Origin: a candidate division CPR2 bacterium GW2011_GWC2_39_35
GTDB lineage: Bacteria > Patescibacteriota > CPR2
NCBI GenBank assembly: GCA_000995065.1
Contig: LBWX01000003.1
Coordinates: 22,304-86,303, forward strand
DNA: 64,000 nucleotides
Direction: 5' to 3'
Shown: in pieces, positions 19,251-29,402 of the stretch
Layout of the letters: every line of letters starts with the position of its first letter
Position numbering within the stretch: the first letter of the stretch is position 1
Translations under genes and position numbers: made by a program
Notes under the pieces: generated by a model
Told to the model about the DNA's origin: nothing
What the model saw: the letters and a program-made list of their open reading frames with translations, nothing else
Databases searched by the model: none

Positions 19251-21153
19251 ATTCTCCTCCTTTTCTTTTATTCGATTCCTTATTTATGGGTATAGAAACA
19301 TAAAATACCGATCCTCGTCCTTCTATGGATTCGAACCAAATCCTACCTTTAAACCTTTGAACGATCTCCTTTATAATATATAATCCCAGACCATTGCCTT
19401 CATTTTCCCCGGTATTACCCGCTCGATAAAATTTTTGGAACAGATTTTTTTGTTCCTCAATCGGTATACCAATTCCCTCATCCCGAACAGAAACCACTGC
19501 CATACCAATTTCATTTGTGACTTTTACGGCAATGTTCTTACTTTCACCGGAGTACTTACTAGCATTTGATAAAAGATTTTGAATAACCTGCCTAAAATAA
19601 GTCTTATCGGCATCTATATAAAAGCTGCTTTCGCATTCTAAAACTATGGTTTGTTTTCTGGGCTCAATAATTGGTACCATAGATTCGATAATAGCAGCAA
19701 CCGTTTCTTTTAGATCAAGGGTCTCCGCCTTAAGCTTTAATCTGCCAGTTTCGATTCTCGAAATATCCAATAAATCTTTTACAAGTTCTCTCATTTGAGA
19801 ATTTGATTTATAAGCTGATTTTAGAATATTTCTCTGCTCGTCATTCAATTTGCCGAATTTTTCAGAAACAATCACTTCGATTGCCCACTGAACGGCAGTT
19901 AACGGGGAATTGAGCTGATGGGAAGTAATAGAAACAAATTCCGATTTCATCTCATTTACTTCCTTTTCTTTGGTAGCGTCCCTTATAACATAAACTGATC
20001 CAAAATCATGCTCATCAAACTGAAATCTATTAGCCGCTCCCTTAACAGAAATTATACCGCCGCTTTTTTTACTGATATCGCAATAATTCTCCGGCTTGCA
20101 ATAACCCTGATTTGTCAAATTTTTCTGAATATAACCAAAATGTTCTTTTTCCTTAAAAATCAAGATCTTTTCCAGATCTTCATTTAGAGCCTCTGATTCT
20201 CTAAAGCCAGTAATTAGTTCTGCCATAGGATTAAAAATTATTATTTTATTTTCGCTATCTGTAACTATAACTCCGTCGCCGATATTTTCTAAAATTGATT
20301 TAACCCTCTGTGTTTCTTCGCTCATACTGTCATAAGAGACCCTAAGATGCTGCATCATTTTGTTGTAGCTTCTAGCCAAGTTTCCAATCTCATCTTTAGC
20401 AATTTCATTCGCTCTTAAACTTTTTGAAAAATTGGTCTGTTTCATAACTCTTTCGAGGTCAACTAAGGGTTTGTTAATAGTTATATGAATTAAAAACCTA
20501 ATAAGAAGCATCCCGAAGAGAACCAACAAATAAATATATATCATTCCATTTATGGCACCCTTCTTTAAATTGTCGATTTGAAAAATAAGATCTTCTCTTA
20601 AAACCGATATCTTATAATTTACATCCTGAAGATCATAAATGATATCGAAAGTAGCCGGGTGGATTTCTTTATGAATAATTTTTAGCTCATCCTTATTTTT
20701 AGCTTGCAGCGTTTTCTGAGTGAATTGATTTAATTTATCCATCTCTTGGTCAAGAAATTCAGAAAATGATAAATTATTAACTGTCAAATCCGGACTGTTG
20801 TTGCTGTCGTGCCTTTCGCGATATTCAATTTCTATAAACTGCTTCAAGCTATCAAAAGCAGGTTTTAATTCCTCGGATCTCTTTATGAAGAGTACTTTTT
20901 TATCGTTCGAATATTCGTCTGCATATTCAAAATGAGCTTGAGCGTAGTTTATTATTGCCCAATTTGCCTTACCCAGCCTTGATAAAAATTCAACATGCTT
21001 TTGAAGATGAGTACTGGCGTCAGAAATTTTAAGAAAAGTCTTAAAATCGGTTACTAAAGCTAAAACAATAAGCAAAAAGGCTCCGGCAGAAAATATGAGC
21101 GTCTTTTGGTTTATTTTAAGATCTCGGAATTTTTTCCAGACAAAACTAAACAT
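19210..21153 (-). CDS. sensor histidine kinase (2 TM, extracytoplasmic sensor, PAS, HisKA, HATPase_c); no response regulator adjacent
   Basis: PAS segment LENIGDGVIVTD...FNPMAELITG; H-box SHQLNSPLTAV; G-boxes GNGLGLYIIKEIV...GRGSVFYVSIP. Confidence 0.9.
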   Translation of the reverse strand: MFSFVWKKFRDLKINQKTLIFSAGAFLLIVLALVTDFKTFLKISDASTHLQKHVEFLSRLGKANWAIINYAQAHFEYADEYSNDKKVLFIKRSEELKPAFDSLKQFIEIEYRERHDSNNSPDLTVNNLSFSEFLDQEMDKLNQFTQKTLQAKNKDELKIIHKEIHPATFDIIYDLQDVNYKISVLREDLIFQIDNLKKGAINGMIYIYLLVLFGMLLIRFLIHITINKPLVDLERVMKQTNFSKSLRANEIAKDEIGNLARSYNKMMQHLRVSYDSMSEETQRVKSILENIGDGVIVTDSENKIIIFNPMAELITGFRESEALNEDLEKILIFKEKEHFGYIQKNLTNQGYCKPENYCDISKKSGGIISVKGAANRFQFDEHDFGSVYVIRDATKEKEVNEMKSEFVSITSHQLNSPLTAVQWAIEVIVSEKFGKLNDEQRNILKSAYKSNSQMRELVKDLLDISRIETGRLKLKAETLDLKETVAAIIESMVPIIEPRKQTIVLECESSFYIDADKTYFRQVIQNLLSNASKYSGESKNIAVKVTNEIGMAVVSVRDEGIGIPIEEQKNLFQKFYRAGNTGENEGNGLGLYIIKEIVQRFKGRIWFESIEGRGSVFYVSIPINKESNKRKGGEYGKKTVSSSAANN

Positions 21154-21282
21154 CGCCTCCCAAACTCTTATGTATCTATCTTATTATGTGTTTTTTGTCT
21201 TGTCTAGTAGGGAAAATTTGGAGGTTCTACCATAGATGTTTAGAAGAGATTATTTAAAATTGAAGTGTAATAAGGAGAAAAC

Positions 21283-21471
21283 ATGGAATTTTATAATGTA
21301 AAAAAGCGTCAGAAAGTTGACGTTTCTGACAACCATCTTAAAAAAACTATTTATGAAGGAAAAGGCGGCCAAAAACGGTTTGCCGTAAGATCTGTCGATG
21401 ATGACGGCACAAAGCTCACAAAATTTATCTCGAAAGATACTTACGACAGCCTTCAAGTTCCGACAGAATAA
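21283..21471 (+). CDS. small conserved-looking protein (62 aa); resembles small zinc-ribbon proteins of archaea/CPR but with the Cys positions replaced (YNVKKR, DDDGTK)
   Basis: AAGGAGAAAAC SD before the ATG; convergent with the downstream gene. Confidence 0.45.
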   Translation: MEFYNVKKRQKVDVSDNHLKKTIYEGKGGQKRFAVRSVDDDGTKLTKFISKDTYDSLQVPTE

Positions 21472-21474
21472 GTA

Positions 21475-23235
21475 TCAATATGAACTTGATACTTTTACAA
21501 ACCCCTGCTCGCAATCTAATTCGGTCTCTTTGGAATAGGCTGGTACTAAGAGAGACTCCGGCTCTACTAACAAACAAGGCTTAGATAAAACCTTAGAATA
21601 AACTTGGGCAAACAAAGAATTATTTTTTACGATAAAGCCTGCTGATTTAAGCAAACCTGGCAGTAATTCCGGCCATATTTCTTCTAAGACCACGATATCG
21701 TCCTTACCCACCTTTGCAAAATCCAAAATGCTATTTAGTTCTCTTAAAGCTCCCTTAACTTTACCTCGATTAAGAATTTTTCCGCTTATCTCTTTACTAC
21801 CTGTTTTCTTGTTTTGACCTATTATCCACACCTTACCCTCATCCCCATCTAAAATAATTGGATCGCCGTCATGCAATCTCTCTGAAGCCACTTGGGTTGC
21901 AATTATACACGGAATCCCCAACTCTCTGGAAACCAGAGCAGCATGACACGTCACTCCGCCCTCGTCGGTAATGACCCCGGCTGCCCGCCCCATCGCCATG
22001 CCATAATCTGGAGAGGTGGTTTTTGCAACTAAAATATCACCTTTTTCGATTTTATTAAGCTCAGTTTCCGAGTGGATCACCTTTACTTTACCCGAAGCTA
22101 CTCCCTGAGAAGCAACATTGCCGGCAATCGATTCCGGCGGATTTTCATTTTCTGCAATAATGCCGTAGTCATTTATTATCTGACTGATAAATTCATGTCT
22201 GGGAACTATCTGCATTTTAGTCTCCCAAACTAGAATTGCCCAACCCAACTTTCTCCGGTTCATTTCTAAATCATCGAACACTTCTCCATTTAATGCACTT
22301 ATCATTTCTTCTAAGGTAAGCAATTGCGCTTCTTCATAGGAATATGAAGTCCTATCTGCAACTTCTTTGAGTAAGGGCGCAATGCTTGATTCGAACTTCC
22401 GAAGAGCTTCCCTCAGGGAATATTCACCCGACAGATAATCTTGAAACAAGAGAATTTTACTTACAACAGCTTTATCAGTTATTTTAGCTAACTCGGCCGT
22501 AAACATTTTCTTTCTTTCATCCCTTTCCTTAGCTAAAACATCAATTAAAATCTTGGGATCAATTTCATCCATCACCATTCTGGCGCTATTTTCGAAATCT
22601 TGGGTTCCAAGCAACTTATCTGAGAATAGTTTTACTGAGAGGTAAGAATATTTCTGAGCATGTTCGGCGAGTCTCTTTCGGTAATTTTCTGCTAAACCGT
22701 TTTTATAAGCCCCATTTACTATTTCTAAAAATTCATCTATTTCTTTGGATGCCTCGCCGTCATCAGCCAATCCCAAAAGAATTTCATGCTTATCCTTAGG
22801 CAATATTTTCATAAGCCCAAAAGCCATTTCTGTCTTCATAAAAGGGTGAATAAATGTATAAAAGAAAAGGTCCGAAAGATCGGTTTTTAGGGATTTAATT
22901 ATTCTTAAGAGCCCTTCGTTATTGATCTTCTTAAAATCAGAATGAAAAAGTTCATCCGATAAAACTTGAATTTTCCGAAGAAGCCTTTTTAAATCCTCAC
23001 TTTTGGCCGAGGAATAATCCGGACTACTCTTTAGCTTTTTCACTATTGATTCGGAAAGCTTGTCGTATTCATCATGAGTTATATATGAAGAATGAATTAA
23101 ACCATTATAAAAATAATAATTAATTTTAAATCCAAATTCTTTTTCGATCTTTTTTAGAAGCATTTGGACAAATTCATATTTTAGAAAAATGCAGGTGCTT
23201 GTATGATTTTTCTTTATCCAGTTAATCTTTGACAC
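21475..23235 (-). CDS. PEP-utilising-enzyme mobile (phosphohistidine swivel) domain protein with an unknown N-terminal domain and a degenerate second swivel-like repeat
   Basis: GDILVAKTTSPDYGMAMGRAAGVITDEGGVTCHAALVSRELGIPCII matches the PEP-utilizers mobile domain including the phospho-His. The following about 100 aa repeat the pattern with NNSLFAQV in place of the His box. Confidence 0.65.
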   Translation of the reverse strand: MSKINWIKKNHTSTCIFLKYEFVQMLLKKIEKEFGFKINYYFYNGLIHSSYITHDEYDKLSESIVKKLKSSPDYSSAKSEDLKRLLRKIQVLSDELFHSDFKKINNEGLLRIIKSLKTDLSDLFFYTFIHPFMKTEMAFGLMKILPKDKHEILLGLADDGEASKEIDEFLEIVNGAYKNGLAENYRKRLAEHAQKYSYLSVKLFSDKLLGTQDFENSARMVMDEIDPKILIDVLAKERDERKKMFTAELAKITDKAVVSKILLFQDYLSGEYSLREALRKFESSIAPLLKEVADRTSYSYEEAQLLTLEEMISALNGEVFDDLEMNRRKLGWAILVWETKMQIVPRHEFISQIINDYGIIAENENPPESIAGNVASQGVASGKVKVIHSETELNKIEKGDILVAKTTSPDYGMAMGRAAGVITDEGGVTCHAALVSRELGIPCIIATQVASERLHDGDPIILDGDEGKVWIIGQNKKTGSKEISGKILNRGKVKGALRELNSILDFAKVGKDDIVVLEEIWPELLPGLLKSAGFIVKNNSLFAQVYSKVLSKPCLLVEPESLLVPAYSKETELDCEQGFVKVSSSY

Positions 23236-23311
23236 AAAAACCCTCCATTACAATAATAAACACAAAAATGCTAAGTAACAAGTTCAAAATTTAACAGATT
23301 GCTATACAGCT

Positions 23312-23782
23312 TTAACGCTTCAGAAGAAAAGCATATCTCTTTATCTTCTTTCTTCTAACTTTTCGCTTTGTGGCAACACGAGGATGGTGGCTGTCTAAAA
23401 AATTTTTCCAATTTTCTTTTAGCCATCTTTTTTGCAAAATTAAGATATCCTCAAGGCCCCTTGTGGCCATTTCTTTTCCTACCACACCGCCTTTATGAGG
23501 ATGGTCAAACCTTTTAAGATGAGGGGAAGAAAAACCATGCGCATAATGAACAAGCTCATGAGCAATTGTTCCCTGGATTACAAACTCCGGCACTTCACCG
23601 ATCTTGAGCAGAGAATTAATGGTAATAAGAGTAGAGCCATCATCTTGTTTTTTAATCGAGCCAAGCCTTGTCCGAGCCTTCCGTCCAAAGCGAATCTTAA
23701 CATCATTTAATTTTTCGATATCCAAAAAATATCTGTTCCAAATATCCTGAAGTTTTAGCTCTAACCATCGATTGTCTCTCAT
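23312..23782 (-). CDS. DUF45/YgjP/SprT-like zinc metallohydrolase
   Basis: 156 aa; RLGSIKKQDDGSTLITINSLL followed by the HELVHYAHG HExxH motif. Confidence 0.6.
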   Translation of the reverse strand: MRDNRWLELKLQDIWNRYFLDIEKLNDVKIRFGRKARTRLGSIKKQDDGSTLITINSLLKIGEVPEFVIQGTIAHELVHYAHGFSSPHLKRFDHPHKGGVVGKEMATRGLEDILILQKRWLKENWKNFLDSHHPRVATKRKVRRKKIKRYAFLLKR

Positions 23783-23846
23783 AAAAAAATCTCATCTTAC
23801 AACATAAGAGCTTTGCTAAGCTCTTATTTAAATTATGAGCTCTAAA

Positions 23847-24359
23847 TCACTCGTCTTTCTTGATATTTTTCTTAAAATTATCAACGACTTGCTTTCCGTA
23901 AAAACGAAACATCTTCGAAAACACATTAACATTCCTAACCGCTTGATGCTCTAAGTCATGAACCAAATCTTCAGCAATTTCTTTGTTTTTAATACCGACA
24001 TTTTTATAAGCCGAGAGATCAAATCCTAATTTTTCGTGAGCAATATTTGACTCTTTCTTAACAGTTGTCTCGCCTATTTTAATGTTTTCCAGCTTTTCCC
24101 TTACCTCTTCTCGGGCAACCTCCTCAACCTTTTTTGATGGTTCGCTAAGGCTACCAGCGGCTTCTTCTTTGGCAATCAATTCTTCGACACCGCTATCATT
24201 TAAGCCCGAAGGCGTAATGACTTTTTGTCCTCTAATATTTGATGAATTATCCTTGTCATTTGCTCTAAGCTGCTCATAAGAAAAAACTCGGCCACAATCC
24301 AAACAGACATAATGACCTTCGTCGTAAACTACTTGTCCGCCACAATACAAACATTTCAT
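23847..24359 (-). CDS. zinc-ribbon domain protein
   Basis: 170 aa; N-terminal CxxG...C-x2-C ribbon (MKCLYCGGQVVYDEGHYVCLDCG), remainder charged and low complexity. Confidence 0.45.
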   Translation of the reverse strand: MKCLYCGGQVVYDEGHYVCLDCGRVFSYEQLRANDKDNSSNIRGQKVITPSGLNDSGVEELIAKEEAAGSLSEPSKKVEEVAREEVREKLENIKIGETTVKKESNIAHEKLGFDLSAYKNVGIKNKEIAEDLVHDLEHQAVRNVNVFSKMFRFYGKQVVDNFKKNIKKDE

Positions 24360-24475
24360 ATTAATATTTTAGGCTAATAGACTAAAGGGTCAATACCAAT
24401 TAACAATAAGCAATAAGCAAAGAACAATTTAAGAATCGAGATTTGTGCATTTATTCTTGTTTATTGTTTATTTTT

Positions 24476-25384
24476 TTAAGCCATAGCCTTAAGACGTTTT
24501 ATTCTTTCTTCCACCGGAGGATGAGTATTAAAAAAATTGATAAACCATCCCCTCGATGATCCTTTATGTTCTTTTAGAGGATTTTCTATATATAGATGGG
24601 CCGTAGCTTTGTTAGCCGCTTCCAAAGGTTCTGTATCAGCCGCAATCTTTTCTAAAGCTTTGGCGAGGCCTTCTGGATATCTAGTCAGAAGTGCTCCCGT
24701 AGCGTCGGCTAGATATTCTCTCTTCCTGGATAACGAGAGTTGTATTAAGCTCGCAAAAATAGGCGAAAGAAGTGCCAAAACGATACCGGCTACCATCAGA
24801 ATAAGCCCTAATTGACCGGACTGACGATCGTCATCACGACCGCCCCAAAAGCTCATTCGGAGAAAAAAATCGGCCATTAAGGCAACAATCCCAACCATCA
24901 CCACCATTACTGTCATAAGCCGTATATCATAATTTTTGATGTGAGACATCTCATGGGCAATTACGCCTTCCAATTCTGTTTTCTCCAATTTTTCTAAAAG
25001 TCCCCGAGTGACAGCAATCGCCGAATGATCCGGATTCCGGCCCGTAGCGAATGCATTAGGCGCACTATCATTAATTATATAAACTTTAGGCATCGGGAGA
25101 CCGCTTGCAATAGATAGATTCTCGACAATGCGGAAAAGCTCCGGATTATCATTCTTTAAAACCGGTTTTGCACCGGAAACCGCAAGAGTTATTTTATCGG
25201 AATAAAAATAACCGGCCCAAGCTTGAACTAATGAAAAAATCACCGCAATCGGCAAAATAACAGGATAGCGATAAGAAAAAACATATGCCAGTCCGATTAC
25301 AAACGCAGGAAACAAAATCATGATAATGACAGTTTTTATTTTATTAGACTCAATTTCTCGATACATAATCCTCCTTACCACCAA
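24476..25384 (-). CDS. htpX: M48 family protease HtpX
   Basis: TM segments, HEMSHIKNYD (HExxH), second TM pair; the classic pairing with lemA upstream. Confidence 0.85.
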   Translation of the reverse strand: MVVRRIMYREIESNKIKTVIIMILFPAFVIGLAYVFSYRYPVILPIAVIFSLVQAWAGYFYSDKITLAVSGAKPVLKNDNPELFRIVENLSIASGLPMPKVYIINDSAPNAFATGRNPDHSAIAVTRGLLEKLEKTELEGVIAHEMSHIKNYDIRLMTVMVVMVGIVALMADFFLRMSFWGGRDDDRQSGQLGLILMVAGIVLALLSPIFASLIQLSLSRKREYLADATGALLTRYPEGLAKALEKIAADTEPLEAANKATAHLYIENPLKEHKGSSRGWFINFFNTHPPVEERIKRLKAMA

Positions 25385-25524
25385 GACAAAAATACAATAT
25401 AGAATTTGGAATTTAGTATCTAGAATAGGAATGAAGAATAAAAAAATTTAGAATTATTCAGCACTACATTCTGTATTCAATATTCCTATTCCAAATTCTA
25501 AATACTACACTCTAGATTCTTTAG

Positions 25525-26079
25525 CTAGAATTTCACCTCGACATTTTCCCTCTCCTCCGGATTTTCTATCTCAAACAACTCTTTCTTTTGAAAGTGGAAT
25601 AATGAGGCAATTATACTAGAGGGAAATTGCTCAATACTTATATTAAGGTCTCTGACATTGCCGTTGTAGAACCTTCTTGAGGCCTGAATTTTATCTTCGG
25701 TATCGGTTAATTCATCCTGAAGCTTCTGAAAATTATCCGAAGCCTTTAAATCGGGATAATTTTCTGCCACCGCAAATACCGATTTTAAGGCGTCCGTTAA
25801 CACATTTTCTGCCTTGCCTTGCTGCTCAATGCTCCGAGCATTAATAGCTGAAGTTCTAGCTTTGGTTACTTCTTCAAAAACGCTTTTTTCATGAGTAGCA
25901 TAACCTTTTACCGTTTCCACTAAGTTCGGGATTAAATCATGCCTTCTTTTCAATTGGACATCTATATCGCTCCAAGCTTCTTCCGATCTCGTTCTTAGTG
26001 ATACCAGCCGGTTAAAAGCAAAGACAATATACAGGCCAAAAACAATTGCGAGAATAGCAACTATCAAAAGTGGGTTCAT
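25525..26079 (-). CDS. lemA: LemA family protein
   Basis: 184 aa; N-terminal TM then [33 protein letters not shown], a typical LemA sequence. Confidence 0.85.
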   Translation of the reverse strand: MNPLLIVAILAIVFGLYIVFAFNRLVSLRTRSEEAWSDIDVQLKRRHDLIPNLVETVKGYATHEKSVFEEVTKARTSAINARSIEQQGKAENVLTDALKSVFAVAENYPDLKASDNFQKLQDELTDTEDKIQASRRFYNGNVRDLNISIEQFPSSIIASLFHFQKKELFEIENPEERENVEVKF

Positions 26080-26203
26080 TTTTCCTCCTTTTTTGTTTAG
26101 CGAACAAAAATAATAAGCAATAAACAGTTAACTATTAAGATCTAAAAGTATTATAAAACGTTTTTTATTATTTGTTTATTGTTTTTATTTACTATCTTAG
26201 TTC

Positions 26204-26662
26204 TTAGGGAATGATTAATTTCTGGCCAATTTGCAGGTCTTCGCCATCCATATTATTAGCTTTTTGGATGGCCTCTACCGTAGTGTCATATTTAGAAGCA
26301 ATAGTCCAAAGAGTGTCGCCTTCACTAATGGTATGCGTTTTGTCAGATGATAATGGCGTTGGAGTTGGCGTGGGAGCAGGAGTAGCAGTCGGTGCCGGAA
26401 CTGACGGCGCCGGAGAAGTTGTTGGATTCGGTGTCTCGGTATTTTCGGCCTGCTTAGATTCGCTTTGGGGCGGATAGGATATTTCTTGAGTCGGCGTTAC
26501 ATTGGTATTGTTCATCGGCTTATAATAAATCTTCCAGAAGAATGCAATCATTCCGATTGCTAAAAAACCGGTTACCGGCCAAACCAACATATATTTTCTA
26601 GCTTCCTTTTTTTCTTCTTTTAGTTCTTTCTTTAAGTCTTCTGATAGATGAGGTTGAGACAT
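26204..26662 (-). CDS. LysM domain membrane protein with a Pro/Thr-rich linker
   Basis: C-terminal HTISEGDTLWTIASKYDTTVEAIQKANNM...GQKLIIP matches a LysM motif; N-terminal TM. Confidence 0.75.
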   Translation of the reverse strand: MSQPHLSEDLKKELKEEKKEARKYMLVWPVTGFLAIGMIAFFWKIYYKPMNNTNVTPTQEISYPPQSESKQAENTETPNPTTSPAPSVPAPTATPAPTPTPTPLSSDKTHTISEGDTLWTIASKYDTTVEAIQKANNMDGEDLQIGQKLIIP

Positions 26663-26783
26663 ATTAATTACCCCTTTTTACGATTTCATTATAGCACACC
26701 TTCCAAAATGGTAAAGCTAGTTAGCAATGTTCTTAATAACAAGCTAATTGATCCAATTTATAACGAAATCCCCCGATTAACTA

Positions 26784-27362
26784 TTAAATCGGGGGGTTAC
26801 TTCCCTTGCACAAATTATTAAGACCATAGCCACCCTCAATCTTTCTCTTGAGGCGCGTTATTTCAGTGATAACTGATTCGCCTTTTGGATCTATGATATG
26901 CCCTAATAAATATAGAGGTTCGAAGATCCATTGACGATGGAAAGGTATGTGATAGTCCATGCCATGTTCCACGGCCGAAACGCCGTAAGCTTTAAAAACC
27001 ATCACTAACCTTTTTGCATGAGTCTTGTGGCTTACGATAGTTACTCGAGGGTTATTAATACCAAGCTTTCTTAACATTAGTATCAAGCAGATGACATTTT
27101 GATAACCATCTAGCGGCCTATAGCCGGTCTCGTTCCGGATTATCTGCTCCTCCGGGATGCCAAATTCCGCAAACTGATCGGCCATAACATCGCCCGGCGG
27201 TCGTTCTTGTGTTTTCTTTACGATGTCGCCAATCGATGCCACGTAATCATATCCACCCTCAGACCACATATTCTGACCTTCTTCAATTCTCCAGCAAGAC
27301 TCCTTATCCTCACCATCCCATGCCGGCAGCACAAATAGTATTTCCGTGTATACATTCGTCAA
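26784..27362 (-). CDS. DUF218 (YdcF/SanA/ElyC-like) domain protein
   Basis: 192 aa; ...IRNETGYRPLDGYQNV... and RVTIVSHKTHAKRLVMVFKAYG resemble the DUF218 E..S.nT.eN and vTs.yHm.Ra motifs, recalled from memory. Confidence 0.4.
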   Translation of the reverse strand: MTNVYTEILFVLPAWDGEDKESCWRIEEGQNMWSEGGYDYVASIGDIVKKTQERPPGDVMADQFAEFGIPEEQIIRNETGYRPLDGYQNVICLILMLRKLGINNPRVTIVSHKTHAKRLVMVFKAYGVSAVEHGMDYHIPFHRQWIFEPLYLLGHIIDPKGESVITEITRLKRKIEGGYGLNNLCKGSNPPI

Positions 27363-27596
27363 TCCATCTCACCTCTATTCTTATCTTAAGATACCCAACT
27401 AATTAATCTAAAAAGCTGACCGGTTATTGTATAACAATTTTCTTAATTTAGCAATCAAAAAACCGCTTGGTGTCGACAAAACCACAACAAACCCAGCATA
27501 AAAATATTGCCAATTGAATTCATATCTGACATAATGGTATATTACTTACGCTTGATGGTTCATTTAAATAATCAATAGGTAAAATGAGTAAAGGAG

Positions 27597-27830
27597 ATGG
27601 GTATGGCCAAAACGGCACTGGCACCAGAAAAATATGTCAGAATCGAAGTCGAAAAGGATGGTGGGGTTAGATATGCTTACTATAACCTACTAAACAAGAC
27701 CTACACTTGGGATCCATATTTTATCCCTGAAAATGCAATCATTATGGATCAAGTTGCAAAAATAGACCTACCAAAAGGCCAGGTACTTACCTCAGAAATG
27801 ATAGAAGCAAAAGGACCATTTATCTTTTAA
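27597..27830 (+). CDS. hypothetical small protein (77 aa)
   Basis: AAAGGAGATGGGT SD; followed by a strong terminator. Confidence 0.45.
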   Translation: MGMAKTALAPEKYVRIEVEKDGGVRYAYYNLLNKTYTWDPYFIPENAIIMDQVAKIDLPKGQVLTSEMIEAKGPFIF

Positions 27831-27855
27831 TGGCCTGTAGATTTTTATGCTTCTA

Positions 27856-27935
27856 AAATCTCCGAATGGAGTTGCAATAAGTTTGAGCACCCGCTCAAGC
27901 CGCAACCCACCATTCGGAGATTTTTCTTTTAAACA
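27856..27935 (+). terminator. intrinsic terminator with nested stems
   Basis: AAATCTCCGAATGG...CCATTCGGAGATTT 14-bp stem containing an inner GAGC/GCTC stem, followed by TTTTCTTTTAAAC. Confidence 0.6.
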
Positions 27936-28056
27936 AAAAAAATCTTTTTGGCTGCTCTTTTACCAATGATACCCGGCCTTCGATTAACTCAGGGTTTACC
28001 ATGTTATAATAAATAAAAGCCTTTAAGATCTAAACAATAGTAAGCTTGTCAAACTA

Positions 28057-28145
28057 TGGTGCCCGGGGCGGGACTCGAACCCGCAAGGTGTCGCCACCAC
28101 TGGATTTTAAGTCCAGCGCGTATACCAATTCCGCCACCCGGGCGC
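28057..28145 (-). tRNA. tRNA-Leu (anticodon TAA), long variable arm, CCA encoded
   Basis: The reverse complement folds as GCGCCCG acceptor, anticodon loop CTTAAAA, T-arm GGTTCGAGTCC, 3' CACCA. Confidence 0.85.
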
Positions 28146-28234
28146 TTTTAGAATTAAGAATTATGAATAACGTATAAAGAACATACAAAAAAATAATACT
28201 TAATTCTTAACTCGTTATTCTTTATTCCGAATCA

Positions 28235-28308
28235 TGGAGGCCTCGACCGGATTTGAACCGGTGTACGCGGTTTTGCAGACCGCTGCGTAGCCACTCCGCC
28301 ACGAGGCC
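28235..28308 (-). tRNA. tRNA-Cys (anticodon GCA), CCA encoded
   Basis: The reverse complement GGCCTCG...anticodon loop CTGCAAA...GGTTCAAATCC...CGAGGCCTCCA. Confidence 0.85.
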
Positions 28309-28311
28309 AAA

Positions 28312-28761
28312 TTATCGTAGGGCAACTTGATCCGGTGCAATTATTTTGCCGAAATCATCCGCTCTTTCAGCCGTTTGATCGTTGATTCCCAGACTTAGAT
28401 AGCTACCATCAGCGGCCTTAAAATCCCAAAACTTTTCCGATTCACCCTTTTTAAATATCTCTTCTCCGAACGTCTCTTCAGCAGTCGCACGAGCAGTAAA
28501 AAGAAAATCAAGCCTCTTTCCCATAAATTCCAGGCTTTCTGGAAAGGGCTCCTCAAAAGGAGTCTCAATCGGTTTTACCAAAATATAACTATTGGATTCT
28601 TCATCATCGGCAAACACATAACCGCCACTCAAAAAACATTTTACATAATATGTTCCATCATCAAAACGAAATTTAATAACTTCTTTTACAGAGAATTCTT
28701 TACCTTCAACCAGTAACTTCGCATTCGGTTTAATTTTTGAACGAAACACATTAACTTCCAT
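28312..28761 (-). CDS. hypothetical protein embedded in the tRNA array
   Basis: 149-aa ORF between tRNA-Gly and tRNA-Cys; acidic, no TM; no family recognised. Confidence 0.45.
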   Translation of the reverse strand: MEVNVFRSKIKPNAKLLVEGKEFSVKEVIKFRFDDGTYYVKCFLSGGYVFADDEESNSYILVKPIETPFEEPFPESLEFMGKRLDFLFTARATAEETFGEEIFKKGESEKFWDFKAADGSYLSLGINDQTAERADDFGKIIAPDQVALR

Positions 28762-28780
28762 CTTCTACCTCTAAATTAAA

Positions 28781-28855
28781 TGGAGCGGACGAGCGGAATC
28801 GAACCGCCATCTTAGCCTTGGCAAGGCTACGTAATAACCACTATACGACGCCCGC
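28781..28855 (-). tRNA. tRNA-Gly (anticodon GCC), CCA encoded
   Basis: Anticodon stem TAGCC/GGCTA, loop TTGCCAA; T-arm GGTTCGATTCC. Confidence 0.85.
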
Positions 28856-28918
28856 ATATTTATTTATTTTTCAAATTCTCTATAAAACAAGCCTATCCAA
28901 TTGTAAAAGAACTTTATA

Positions 28919-28993
28919 TGGTGGCGAGGGGCAGAATCGAACTGCCCACGCAAGGATTTTCAGTCCTTCGCTCTACCACTGAGCTACCCCGCC
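28919..28993 (-). tRNA. tRNA-Phe (anticodon GAA), CCA encoded
   Basis: The reverse complement GGCGGGGTAGCTCAGTGGTAGAGC...loop CTGAAAA...GGTTCGATTCTGCCCCTCGCCACCA; the plus-strand ORF 28918-29115 is therefore spurious. Confidence 0.9.
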
Positions 28994-29169
28994 GTGTTCA
29001 GATTTCGGATATCAGACATCGGATTTCTGAAAATCCGACCTCCGAACTCAGATATCTGACATCCGAATTTGGCTTGCCATTTGAAGCCATTCACGAAACT
29101 TGGTTGTTAAACTGAGCAGTCCTACTACGCTAAAGCTTCGTAGGACATTTTTCGCCTCGCGGCGAAAAA

Positions 29170-29246
29170 TGGTGGGCGCTACAGGACTCGAACCTGTGAC
29201 CTACTGGGTGTAAACCAGTCGCTCTAGCCAACTGAGCTAAGCGCCC
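29170..29246 (-). tRNA. tRNA-Val (anticodon TAC), CCA encoded
   Basis: The reverse complement GGGCGCTTAGCTCAGTTGGCTAGAGC...loop TTTACAC...GGTTCGAGTCC...GCGCCCACCA. Confidence 0.9.
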
Positions 29247-29402
29247 GTGTTTCTTTTTCATACTCAAAACAGCAAAAATATATTAACATAAAAACAAAAA
29301 TTTTGGAATAATTTTTAAGCAAGGATTAAGAATAAAGTATAAAGAATGAAGGTTTTTAAAATTGCTTAATGCTTACTACTTAATACTATATACTTCTTCA
29401 AC

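Noticed and set aside
28918-29115. 65-aa plus-strand ORF
   Set aside because: It fully overlaps tRNA-Phe(GAA) on the opposite strand and the inter-tRNA hairpins, so it is an ORF-finder artefact.
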